A DNA stretch of 64,000 nucleotides from Eledone cirrhosa (taxonomy: Eukaryota), in NCBI GenBank assembly GCA_964016885.1, contig OZ024743.1, positions 6,076,001-6,140,000 on the forward strand. Direction: 5' to 3'. The translations under genes were made by a program, and so were the position numbers. This document shows, piece after piece, positions 1-10,800 of the stretch (positions within the stretch are counted from its first letter, which is position 1; every line of letters starts with the position of its first letter). Under the pieces are notes generated by a model. It saw nothing but the letters and a program-made list of their open reading frames with translations. It had not been told where the DNA came from and ran no database searches.

Positions 1-479
1 TCAAATGATTCACCCACTGGTACTACAATCGGTCAAGACAGCAACTGGCCGACAATTCCCTTAGGAATTCAGACAGGCATGACAGGTATATTTAGGTCAA
101 CAGCTTCTTTATGTGTACGTGTGTCCGATACACACAGACACATATCCATATGTATTTCAACACAAAAAATTCAGTTGATTCCCCTATTGATATTATATCT
201 GTGTTGCTCGGATATGCATGTTGTGGTGTTCTGGTCGTGCATAGCATTCACTGTGTTTTGCCATTACCTTGGAATGTGATGTTATGGTCATCAATAGGCC
301 GGCAAGCGCATTTCGCTCTTATATTGCGGAGAATGGTGTTCTGGTCCTCAGTAAACATTTGGGTCAGCAGGAGGGGTGGTGGTTCTCAGTTTCAACTTCG
401 ACAATACATATGTGTTACTCTGCATATCGTGCTCCTCTCAGAGAAGAGTATTATAGGAGGAATTCGTGCCACACACCAC

Positions 480-766
480 ATATAGAGAGAATTTCTACAG
501 AAAAGTATACATACATATACACATACATACACACATCATACACTTACACATACACACTCATACGCATACATACATATATTCACATACATGTCACATATAC
601 ACATACACACAATATAATACGCATGCATACAATATACATATATATATATATAATACAATATACATGCATACAATGCACGCACACATGCGTGCATGCACAC
701 CCACACATATGTCTGCGTGTGTGTGCGTGTGAGAGATAAAAGGAGAATACACACACACACACACGC
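480..766. repeat. Compound (CA)n/(TA)n/(TG)n low-complexity microsatellite tract
   Basis: Runs of acac/atac/gtgt. The ORFs predicted here (269..739, 466..732, 536..760) are repeat artefacts. Confidence 0.9.
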
Positions 767-769
767 AAA

Positions 770-3488
770 AACACCAACCTTGTAGGGGACTGTACCACCC
801 TTAGGGTACCTATCTATCTGGGTTACGGGTTGGGGGAAAAGGGGGGAAGCTATAGTCTAGGTGGGGGTTGCGTGATATATGTTACGTCTATGTGCTAGGT
901 TTAAAATAGAAGAAGGAACTCACCATTTTGTGTTGGCAAGAGGAGAAAATTTCCGATTTCCTGTTAAGCAGGTTCAGTTTAGAGTGTATTATGGCATGGC
1001 ATTCCAGTAAACACAGGTCACAACTTCCGCTCTGCGGTCGGTATGGCGTGGATCTAGTAAGCTTCCTCCAAAAAAGTTTGTATGGGGTACTATTATTTTT
1101 TAAGAAGGAGATGTATCCCGCCAGTGAGGTGGCATTCTTATGTCTGTCGTGTCTAAATGTGTACATATGCGCGTTAAATCTAGTTTTAAATGTATTGGAC
1201 GTTGCTCCTATATATGTTTTGGTAGAGTTGTGTGTGGTTACGTCACATGCATATACTATGTTTTTCATGAGGCAATCCCCCCTTAGGGGACAGTTACTAC
1301 TCCGCCTACAATTGCAACTGCGGGTTCGATTAGTTAGCTTACCTCCCGAAGTTTGGTTATCACTAGGTGCCTCTATATCATTAGATGGCTCATTGATGCT
1401 ATTATGTTGCCCATTTTCCAGTGTAGTCGGTTGCTGGTGGTTAACTGCCATTTTAATTGCTTCGAAGCCTTCCTTAGTTTTCCTAATGTTCGTGCGTGCT
1501 AGGTGTGATGCGAGGTTAGGTGTGGTCGAATAGGATAATTTAATTACGTTTTTGTTAATTATGTTGCGATATCTATTGCCTGGTGGGAAGTTTTTTTCCA
1601 ATAATGAGAAGAATACTCTGGGGAGGTTAGTGAGGACCTCAGAGTTAAAAGGTGGGTTAAAATACATGTTTTTCCTTCTTCTATTTTTCTTATCTGTGGG
1701 GTGAGTCTCGCTACTGTGCGTACTATTTTGTAGGGTTCCGTTATTAACGTTAGTGGCGTTGTCTGTTTTGCTTAAGCCCGGATGGTTTATATTCATGGCG
1801 TGATCATTTACTGTTTTAGAGTTGTGGTGGGGGACTCTAGTATTGTCTTTACGTGGTTTACATTTAGCTAGGTTACCGCCATTAGGGTTCTTACTATTAT
1901 TCTTGCCTCTAAGTTGGTTAGGCTTTGTGGCCATACTATGTGTGATTATGTTGGTAGGTTTCACACTCATGGTTTGAGAGTCCTTATGTATATATGATAA
2001 TCTACTCCCGTAACCAGATTCTGCTAGGGCCTTGTCATAATACTCTGCATTGGAGTTGAAGATACTCTCATTACAGGACAGTCTGCTAATTCTATTAGAG
2101 ACCCCCCTGGGAATAGCGTTTAGGACTGATTTGGGGTGGTTAGAGCTGGCGTTTACATATGTTAGTCTATCGTTAGGTTTATGGTAGGGTGCAAATGTTT
2201 TACTTTCTAGGTCAAGGGTGGCGTCTAGGAAGTTTACTGTTTTATCATTTGCATCTATGGTAATACGTAGATTAAAGTTTTTAAAGAACCTACGTAATTG
2301 TTTCCTAGTTCTTTCTATATTGCACTTTTTATACTCGAGAGTGAGGAGGGCGTCATCACGGTATAAGCCGCCCTTCAAGTGTGATAATGTCTCATGTAAC
2401 TCCTTTAAGAGGTACAATCCTACCAGGTCCGTTACTTGCGCAGAGTCACTAGATCCCATTGTGATGTCGAAGTTACTGGGCGTATTCTTGCGGGTCCACA
2501 ATTCATCCTCAAATGTGATTATCGTTTTCCGGGCCGCAAGAATGACATCAATTTGAGACCTAGTGAGGTCACTTTTCTGCATGGCCATGATTAGGGCCTT
2601 ATTAAGGAGTATGGGGGAGATTGAGGTGTAGTACGCATCGATGTCGAATTGTATAAATTTAAGGGATTTATGGTTGCTAAGGCTTGAGAGCCATTTCAAA
2701 ACCTCTTCCGTATTCTCCCATAGCTCTAGATATATTTTCCTCCTGATTGTGGGTATAACACCGTCTAAAATTTTCTTACTGATAATTTCTATATCTGACT
2801 TCGATGGGCTAATTAATCTAACAGAGGGTTTACTAATGAAGTCAGCCGTATGGTCTTTAAGGGTGAACCTGGGTTGCCTAGGGGTATATGGTTGGGTATA
2901 CTTTTCCAGACCTAGTTTATCCACTATGGCACATGCTTCCTTATTAATTTTATCTAAGTTTGCGCTTGTCTTTTTATAGTTTCTATTTAATTCATTGTAT
3001 ATAAACCTACGATACGTATCATAATTTAAGCTATAAATATTTCTGGTTTTATCCGAGGTGACCAGGATATCTCTTTTATCGTTAAAGTCCTTAACTAAGG
3101 TTTCCAGTTTCATCCGGAATTTGTTGCTATTCCCATGGGGGTTTTTAAACTTAATATTCCTTACTAGTGATAGGAGGTCATTCTCAAATCCATCTAGCAT
3201 GGAGTTATGGGGCGGGCTCCTATAGGTTTTAAAACCGAATTTGTTATTGGGGGACACTGTGGTTGATTTTTTTATTTCTCTTATCGAAGTGGAAAGTGCG
3301 CCATCTAATACGCTTAACGAAGGAGTTGACACTAACTATCAGTAATTTCTCATAAGTAGTCCTGGATGGGGTTGGGATGTTCTTGAGTGATATAGGTAGG
3401 TAGTCTTTAGTTAGCATGCTGCCAATCAATTATAATCATACACACAAGGTGGACAGGTTATAAGGATTTAGCTCAACCGGGGGGAGCC

Positions 3489-3490
<2 letters not shown>
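770..3490 (-). mobile_element. Penelope-like element (PLE) family A, near full length, between (CA)n and (TA)n tracts
   Basis: Contains the RT + GIY-YIG ORF below. C-rich short 3' tail 770-887. 5' end abuts (TA)n at 3490. Confidence 0.9.
888..3429 (-). CDS. PLE polyprotein: reverse transcriptase + C-terminal GIY-YIG endonuclease, split by one frameshift at the A7 run (3267-3273)
   Basis: N-term SLKNIPTPS..KRIRWR (ORF 3244..3429) continues into FGFKTYRSPP..FENDL (ORF 888..3332). RT motifs FIQFDIDAYY, ITMGS, GGLYRDD, VNFLD. Linker CNCRRSSNC (CxCx5C). Endonuclease IVY..TYIG, FKTRFNAH, CDLCLLE, LNRKSE..CQH. Confidence 0.9.
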
Positions 3491-3528
<38 letters not shown>

Positions 3529-3726
3529 TAACAGATTAAAGTTTAAGCAAAGAATCGCTGCTTATCGAGCCCTCTTTGGATTTTAGTCTTCAATTTTATT
3601 ATTATTACTATATATATATATATATATATATATAACGAAGGAAATGTGGTAAGGAACCAGGTGGACCATAACGCACCAAAGTACTCAATACTTGAGGTAG
3701 TAGAGTGGGTAATAGGAACCAGTAAG

Positions 3727-3820
3727 ACCCCGACAGCTGAGCTCAAGCCGTTTCGACGGCTAATTCTGGACTAAATGAAAATTTATCCTGGTATTTAAAT
3801 AGCCGATCTTCTCAAGGGGT
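3727..3820 (-). ncRNA. Type I hammerhead ribozyme, U3-A8 core variant (PLE-B 3' region)
   Basis: Minus strand: ACCCC-UUGAGAA-GAUCGGCUA..UAGCCGUC-GAAA-CGGC-UUGAGCUCA-GCUG-UC^GGGGU. Stems I, II and III all pair. Predicted cleavage between 3732 and 3731. Confidence 0.85.
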
Positions 3821-4931
3821 AATTCCATATATGGTCAAAGTGATTGTCAAAAATCAGTAGTAATTCTGTGGTTGCAAATTAGTAGGGGAGATGGTGGCTA
3901 AACCTGCCAGTAGGAGAAAGAGGGGAGGGGGTGGAGTAGACCCAATCAAGCGTTGGTAGTGCCAGCTACAGCTGGGCATGAGGTCAAAGAAGATACAGGG
4001 GAGGGGGAGGGGGAGGAAGTCGGAACGGTAGGTAGAACAATGGGGGGTAGAAATAGGAAAGAAAAAAAAAAAAATACTGAGAGTGAAGAAAGGCAAATAA
4101 GTGTAAAGAAAAGTAAAGTAAATTAAATTCTACGACCTAGGTGTCAGGCTATTGTTAGGCGAGAATAAAATAAAGAAAGAAAGAAAGAAGTAAAAAAAAT
4201 AAATAAATGAATAAATAAGGAAATAAGTAAGAGAACTAGGTGGGACGAATAAGGCAAGGACCCTTTTAAGAGGTATAAGTACGTAAATGATACGGTGACG
4301 GGTCAACAAAAGGGGCCAAAATACTAAAGAGACTACCACGAAATAAACAATAAAGGTTTCCATCCCGGGCCAGCAACGACCCAGTGCAGCAAAGTGAACT
4401 TGTACGAGATAATAATTCTGAGTCCCGAGAAAAATATATACTAATGCTAACTCTAAAAGATCTAAAACAAGCTACATGAAAGTTCGTACGAAATAAAGGT
4501 AGAATACGGAGAAATAAATTCAGAATCCACCCCGCCCAGAAGAAGAGCGAAGCAAGAAATACTGAAACGAAAAAATAAGGCATGTGCCACTAAGAAATAT
4601 AGAGGGCACAGAGAATAGTGGGAGCGGTCGGAAAAAGGGGGAAAGTATCAGGGGTCTAAGCCAGCTGCTATAAAGGGCGGAGTCCGCCAAATCTATCAAA
4701 GATTAGGGGAGGGGGGGTGGGGGTACTAAGGCTACATGGGGCCAAAGGGCAGCCTCGGGTGGGCGAGAAAAGACGCCGACAAAGGAGAAGAGCTGGGGTA
4801 GAAGGACAAAGGGGAGAGGGGGGAAGGAAATAAAGGAAGCGATAAAAGAATACAAAGAAGATCTTACGTCTTCCTTGGCAAGCAGGGGTTACCTATTGCA
4901 AAATCGGCAACTGGGGTGTTATAGCCCTAGT

Positions 4932-6440
4932 CTACCCCCCCGGGTCATTATGGGGTTTGAGGGCGAGGTAAGTCCTACGCAATCTATGTTTACATGCAGT
5001 AACCAATTCATCTTTCTTGTTTAGGAGTTGGTCCGTCGAAAACAGCATTTGTAAAGTTTCCTCCGAGCATAAATTGCACGGACGGCGTCCTCCCGTGTAA
5101 GAATTGGCTCTGGACAGTAATCTCCAAGTGAGATCATAGGTGATGTTGTTGTCCTTGAGGTCCCATATGTGGCCCGAAAGTGTAGTGGCGTGACGCCGGG
5201 CCGGGTTTCGGAAGGTATGTCTATGTTGGTATAGCCGGGTCTTGAAGTCACATGCGGTAAGTCCTATATAGGCTTTGTTGGAGGTATCCGTCCTCACGTT
5301 GCACTGGTAGATCACATTACGGTCTCTGCATCTATTGTCGAGTGGGCAAATAGATCTATCCGGGCAGTTACACCTCCTGGTCGGTTCTCCACTGCTAATT
5401 AGGTTATTTCTGCCATCGGGGTTGAGTTTTTTGTTGTTAGAGGAGACGATGTTTTGTGCGAAGTTTGGTGTAGTGCTGTAAGAGAGTTTGATGGTATTTT
5501 TGTTAATTATGTTGTGGTAGCGGTGTTGTAATGGGAAGTGTTTTTCAATGAGCCTAAAGAATAGTTTCCCGATGGGAGTAGTCACCTCTGCGTTGTGGGG
5601 AGGATTGAACCATGTTACATTGCGTGAGCGGCGGTGTCTCCTGCTGGTTCCGCTAATGGGAGCTGGACAGTAGGATATTTCCTCCCGGAAACCACTCCGC
5701 TTGAGGGCCTGGTTGTAATAAGGCGCATGTTCATCGAATATCCGCTCATTAGCTGACAAACGGGATATGCGGAGGGAGATGTTTTTGACCAGGTTGTTTG
5801 TGATGTTCCTAGGATGGTTTGATCGGCGGTGGATGTAGTGCAGATTGTCATTAGGTTTCCTGTATGGGTAGTACAGGTCGTTTTCGAGGTCGAGGGTTAC
5901 GTCCAGGAAGTTTACTCGGGTCAGGGACGTTTGTAGGGTTATTTTAAATCCCCAGTCGCGGAAGAATCTGATTAATTGTTTCCGGACCCGATCTGTACTA
6001 CTGGGGTTGTACCCTTTAAGGGTAAGGAGCCCATCATCACGGTACAATCCACCACCGAATGCAGGAAACATATCAGTGAGTTTGGCTATTAGGAATAATC
6101 CTATAAGATCAGTGACCTCCGCCGAATCCGTGGCGCCCATGCTGACGTCGAAGGGTGAGTCGGGAGCTCTTTTTATCCATTTAGAGTCGTCAAAGAGTAA
6201 GACTGTCTTCCTGGCGTGGAGGATGATTTTTCTTTCCTGGTCGGTGATGGGCACGAGTGTTTCGGCGAAGTCCAAGGCGGCAGTAAGTAGCGGTAAGGTG
6301 ATAGAAGCATAGTAGCTCTCTATGTCGAACTGTATGAATTTAGTTTCTCGTTTATCCTCCATATTGCTGAACCAGGAGATTACTTCCTGGGTGTTGATCC
6401 ATAGGCTAAGTCGGGTGTGTTGCTTGACTTTTGGTATCAC
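4932..6440 (-). CDS. PLE-B reverse transcriptase + GIY-YIG endonuclease (5'-truncated; frame stays open upstream to ~6610)
   Basis: FIQFDIESYY, VSMGA, GGLYRDDG, VNFLDVTLDL, CNCPDRSIC (CxCx5C), VIY..AYIG, CNLCSEE, LNKKDE..CKH. Upstream frame reads PYFTLKDHKSDF..PSIRLINPTKSDIG. Confidence 0.9.
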   Translation of the reverse strand: MIPKVKQHTRLSLWINTQEVISWFSNMEDKRETKFIQFDIESYYASITLPLLTAALDFAETLVPITDQERKIILHARKTVLLFDDSKWIKRAPDSPFDVSMGATDSAEVTDLIGLFLIAKLTDMFPAFGGGLYRDDGLLTLKGYNPSSTDRVRKQLIRFFRDWGFKITLQTSLTRVNFLDVTLDLENDLYYPYRKPNDNLHYIHRRSNHPRNITNNLVKNISLRISRLSANERIFDEHAPYYNQALKRSGFREEISYCPAPISGTSRRHRRSRNVTWFNPPHNAEVTTPIGKLFFRLIEKHFPLQHRYHNIINKNTIKLSYSTTPNFAQNIVSSNNKKLNPDGRNNLISSGEPTRRCNCPDRSICPLDNRCRDRNVIYQCNVRTDTSNKAYIGLTACDFKTRLYQHRHTFRNPARRHATTLSGHIWDLKDNNITYDLTWRLLSRANSYTGGRRPCNLCSEETLQMLFSTDQLLNKKDELVTACKHRLRRTYLALKPHNDPGG

Positions 6441-6601
6441 GCGGTCTAGGATTATTTTGCTGATTCTCCCTATGTCGGACTTCGTTGGGTTAATAAGCCT
6501 GATGGAGGGTTTACGGTCAAAATCGGATTTATGGTCCTTCAGTGTGAAGTATGGTGTCCGTGGGTCTAGAGGTTCCGTGCGGTCGGCGACCCCGAGGCTG
6601 G

Positions 6602-8885
6602 AGAGAGCTACTATGCTTCTATCACCTTACCGCTACTTACTGCCGCCTTGGACTTCGCCGAAACACTCGTGCCCATCACCGACCAGGAAAGAAAAATCAT
6701 CCTCCACGCCAGGAAGACAGTCTTACTCTTTGACGACTCTAAATGGATAAAAAGAGCTCCCGACTCACCCTTCGACGTCAGCATGGGCGCCACGGATTCG
6801 GCGGAGGTCACTGATCTTATAGGATTATTCCTAATAGCCAAACTCACTGATATGTTTCCTGCATTCGGTGGTGGATTGTACCGTGATGATGGGCTCCTTA
6901 CCCTTAAAGGGTACAACCCCAGTAGTACAGATCGGGTCCGGAAACAATTAATCAGATTCTTCCGCGACTGGGGATTTAAAATAACCCTACAAACGTCCCT
7001 GACCCGAGTAAACTTCCTGGACGTAACCCTCGACCTCGAAAACGACCTGTACTACCCATACAGGAAACCTAATGACAATCTGCACTACATCCACCGCCGA
7101 TCAAACCATCCTAGGAACATCACAAACAACCTGGTCAAAAACATCTCCCTCCGCATATCCCGTTTGTCAGCTAATGAGCGGATATTCGATGAACATGCGC
7201 CTTATTACAACCAGGCCCTCAAGCGGAGTGGTTTCCGGGAGGAAATATCCTACTGTCCAGCTCCCATTAGCGGAACCAGCAGGAGACACCGCCGCTCACG
7301 CAATGTAACATGGTTCAATCCTCCCCACAACGCAGAGGTGACTACTCCCATCGGGAAACTATTCTTTAGGCTCATTGAAAAACACTTCCCATTACAACAC
7401 CGCTACCACAACATAATTAACAAAAATACCATCAAACTCTCTTACAGCACTACACCAAACTTCGCACAAAACATCGTCTCCTCTAACAACAAAAAACTCA
7501 ACCCCGATGGCAGAAATAACCTAATTAGCAGTGGAGAACCGACCAGGAGGTGTAACTGCCCGGATAGATCTATTTGCCCACTCGACAATAGATGCAGAGA
7601 CCGTAATGTGATCTACCAGTGCAACGTGAGGACGGATACCTCCAACAAAGCCTATATAGGACTTACCGCATGTGACTTCAAGACCCGGCTATACCAACAT
7701 AGACATACCTTCCGAAACCCGGCCCGGCGTCACGCCACTACACTTTCGGGCCACATATGGGACCTCAAGGACAACAACATCACCTATGATCTCACTTGGA
7801 GATTACTGTCCAGAGCCAATTCTTACACGGGAGGACGCCGTCCGTGCAATTTATGCTCGGAGGAAACTTTACAAATGCTGTTTTCGACGGACCAACTCCT
7901 AAACAAGAAAGATGAATTGGTTACTGCATGTAAACATAGATTGCGTAGGACTTACCTCGCCCTCAAACCCCATAATGACCCGGGGGGGTAGACTAGGGCT
8001 ATAACACCCCAGTTGCCGATTTTGCAATAGGTAACCCCTGCTTGCCAAGGAAGACGTAAGATCTTCTTTGTATTCTTTTATCGCTTCCTTTATTTCCTTC
8101 CCTCCTCTCCCCTTTGTCCTTCTACCCCAGCTCTTCTCCTTTGTCGGCGTCTTTTCTCGCCCACCCGAGGCTGCCCTTTGGCCCCATGTAGCCTTAGTAC
8201 CCCCACCCCCCCTCCCCTAATCTTTGATAGATTTGGCGGACTCCGCCCTTTATAGCAGCTGGCTTAGACCCCTGATACTTTCCCCCTTTTTCCGACCGCT
8301 CCCACTATTCTCTGTGCCCTCTATATTTCTTAGTGGCACATGCCTTATTTTTTCGTTTCAGTATTTCTTGCTTCGCTCTTCTTCTGGGCGGGGTGGATTC
8401 TGAATTTATTTCTCCGTATTCTACCTTTATTTCGTACGAACTTTCATGTAGCTTGTTTTAGATCTTTTAGAGTTAGCATTAGTATATATTTTTCTCGGGA
8501 CTCAGAATTATTATCTCGTACAAGTTCACTTTGCTGCACTGGGTCGTTGCTGGCCCGGGATGGAAACCTTTATTGTTTATTTCGTGGTAGTCTCTTTAGT
8601 ATTTTGGCCCCTTTTGTTGACCCGTCACCGTATCATTTACGTACTTATACCTCTTAAAAGGGTCCTTGCCTTATTCGTCCCACCTAGTTCTCTTACTTAT
8701 TTCCTTATTTATTCATTTATTTATTTTTTTTACTTCTTTCTTTCTTTCTTTATTTTATTCTCGCCTAACAATAGCCTGACACCTAGGTCGTAGAATTTAA
8801 TTTACTTTACTTTTCTTTACACTTATTTGCCTTTCTTCACTCTCAGTATTTTTTTTTTTTTTTTCTTTCCTATTTCTACCCCCCA
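6602..8885 (+). mobile_element. Inverted near-identical copy of PLE-B (right arm of a head-to-head palindrome)
   Basis: Reverse complement of 4041-6321 (coordinates sum to 12923 through the ORF). Stops before the hammerhead. Confidence 0.92.
6648..7991 (+). CDS. PLE-B RT/GIY-YIG ORF, inverted truncated copy
   Basis: Apart from its first residue, the translation matches the C-terminal part of the 4932..6440 ORF. Confidence 0.85.
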   Translation: MDFAETLVPITDQERKIILHARKTVLLFDDSKWIKRAPDSPFDVSMGATDSAEVTDLIGLFLIAKLTDMFPAFGGGLYRDDGLLTLKGYNPSSTDRVRKQLIRFFRDWGFKITLQTSLTRVNFLDVTLDLENDLYYPYRKPNDNLHYIHRRSNHPRNITNNLVKNISLRISRLSANERIFDEHAPYYNQALKRSGFREEISYCPAPISGTSRRHRRSRNVTWFNPPHNAEVTTPIGKLFFRLIEKHFPLQHRYHNIINKNTIKLSYSTTPNFAQNIVSSNNKKLNPDGRNNLISSGEPTRRCNCPDRSICPLDNRCRDRNVIYQCNVRTDTSNKAYIGLTACDFKTRLYQHRHTFRNPARRHATTLSGHIWDLKDNNITYDLTWRLLSRANSYTGGRRPCNLCSEETLQMLFSTDQLLNKKDELVTACKHRLRRTYLALKPHNDPGG

Positions 8886-9179
8886 CTTTATTTTTGTTCA
8901 CATTACCATTGTATGATGTATTTTCCTCAATGATTAAATATTTGTAACAGTTGTATGGAACAGCTAAACAGAGACCATTGATACAAAGTTTCTTGGCTCA
9001 TGAAACAGTTTTCCGTATTGAACTATCATGAACATTTCTACATCAGTTGAAAATGTTAACTCCAACTGATTCTTATCAGTATATTTTTAGATCACCCATA
9101 ACCACTAGATTTCGCAAAAGAAATGACAGGAGGGGGAATTTAGTGCCAAATTAAACATGAACAGACTGTCTCTTTGGAA

Positions 9180-10800
9180 TGTTACTCTTCAAATATTTAT
9201 ACCATCGAAGACAATCGTTCACATCACTGATATTCATTCCTGTCATGCATTTGGTCGGCTGTGCTAGGTCTGGGGTGAATACCATACTGTTTGCCAGCTA
9301 TCTTAGACTCGACAACATACTTACACCTCTTTTCCAGACACTTAGCATAGTTTTTACCGGAGAGGCTTAACAAAGAGAGCCCTCAATAAATAGAGTAATC
9401 TCTCTTGTCTCCCTTTTTGAAAATGGGGATTATCGCTCCTGATTACCATTGCTGTGATGCTTTTCCAGAGATCCACACGAGTCAGCCAGAGCATACCTTG
9501 TCTACGCAAGGCTTTTAACATCTCGGACCGAAATTTGTCTTCCCCAGAGGCTTTGCCACGTTTGAGCTCTTTAATTGCTCTGGTAACCTCAGTCTCTGGG
9601 GAGTTAGTCTTCATTCCTAGATGCCCCTCATGTATATCGGAAGATGTTGTTGTAAACGAATTTTGGAGTTCTGCAAAATATTCTCTCTATCTCATGAGAA
9701 TGCTTCACCCTTCAAAGAGAAGAAACCCAGACGAGTTCCTGATAGCAGGCGTAAAGGAGGACTTATTACGGAGTCGTCGGATGGTCTGCCAGAATACTTC
9801 CTTTGCTGATCTAAATTCAGATTCCAGCTTAACCTCAAGGTTTTCTTGTGTCTTAGCCTTGGACGCCTTTAATGTCTCTGCTGCGACTGTTTGTACCAAA
9901 CGTACAAGAATTAAGACTTATTTCCAAGCCAAGCATTGTAAGCCTTCTTCTGTGCTCGGATGGTATTTATAATCTCTTGATTGAACTAAGGGGTCCTCAT
10001 CCAGTTCGGTGCCACATCATCCAACAGCTGAAGTAGAAACTGCTAAGCTGAACAGTCTTCACTCTATTTCAACATCATCAGATTGTTCAGAGAGTTCTCT
10101 GAATTTGGATACAATAGTATTCGTATACTTGGCCTTGACCTCCTTATCAGCAAGCGCTTCCCTCTATATCCTGTAGCTCAAGCTGGACCTACCAGCTTTG
10201 TGGGTTTCCTTGACTTTAGGCTTAGGCTGCAGATAACTAGATGGTGATTCGTTGACAACCAGTCACTCTCTTAACACCAACATCCAGCACAGGATCAAAG
10301 TGATCAGAGACAATAAAGATTTTAAAAATCAATTACTGACTTTTGTCCCCTATTTCTCTTATACCATGTATATTTATGGATGTCTCTGTGCTGGAAGGTG
10401 TTCATAATATAGCCCATTACTAGAACAGAAGTCTAAAAAGGCCTCTCCGTTCGTATTTAGATCGGGATCACCATTCTTTCCAATCATTCTTTTCAATATC
10501 AGCTGTTCAGTGCCAGCATGTGCATTGAAAGCTCCCATTAGATATATGACTCTGTCTTAACTACATCTAACGCTGCAGTGACTTCATCAAGGAAGGATCT
10601 ATATTTAGAATCTGCTTGGTGCATAAACTTGCACCATCCACAAAGACCTTTTTTCAGCTTGCTTCAATAGGCAAATCTTCCCACCCAATGGGATACATTC
10701 CATAACATATTCTGACACACAGGAACTTGTATCTCCACTGTCGCCTGTGCAGTCCTTTCTAAATAAATCCTCCATGATACTATTCCTATTTCTTACCAAT
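9180..10800 (-). pseudogene. Decayed RTE-like LINE (APE endonuclease to start of RT)
   Basis: Fragments VQVYAPS, FNAHAG, MNTFQHRDIHKYTWY, EVTRAIKELKRGKASGEDKFRSEMLKAL with many stops and frameshifts. Confidence 0.8.

Larger units (their letters stand above)
3632..6610 (-). mobile_element. PLE family B, 5'-truncated copy with ~1.3-kb 3' region ending in (TA)n
   Basis: RT/GIY-YIG ORF followed by a long pyrimidine-rich 3' region that is homologous to 62832-64000 and carries a hammerhead motif. Confidence 0.9.

Noticed and set aside
1-485. Possible upstream exons of host gene 1 (SNDSPTGTTIGQ.. and a hydrophobic IISVLLGYACCGVLVV stretch)
   Set aside because: The acceptor at 174 is A-rich and no clear donor or phase link to exon 12845 could be established.
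4130-4583. Hydrophobic ORFs in the PLE-B 3' region (also 8340..8793)
   Set aside because: They reflect T-rich composition, and frames are not preserved in the diverged copy at 63262-63809.
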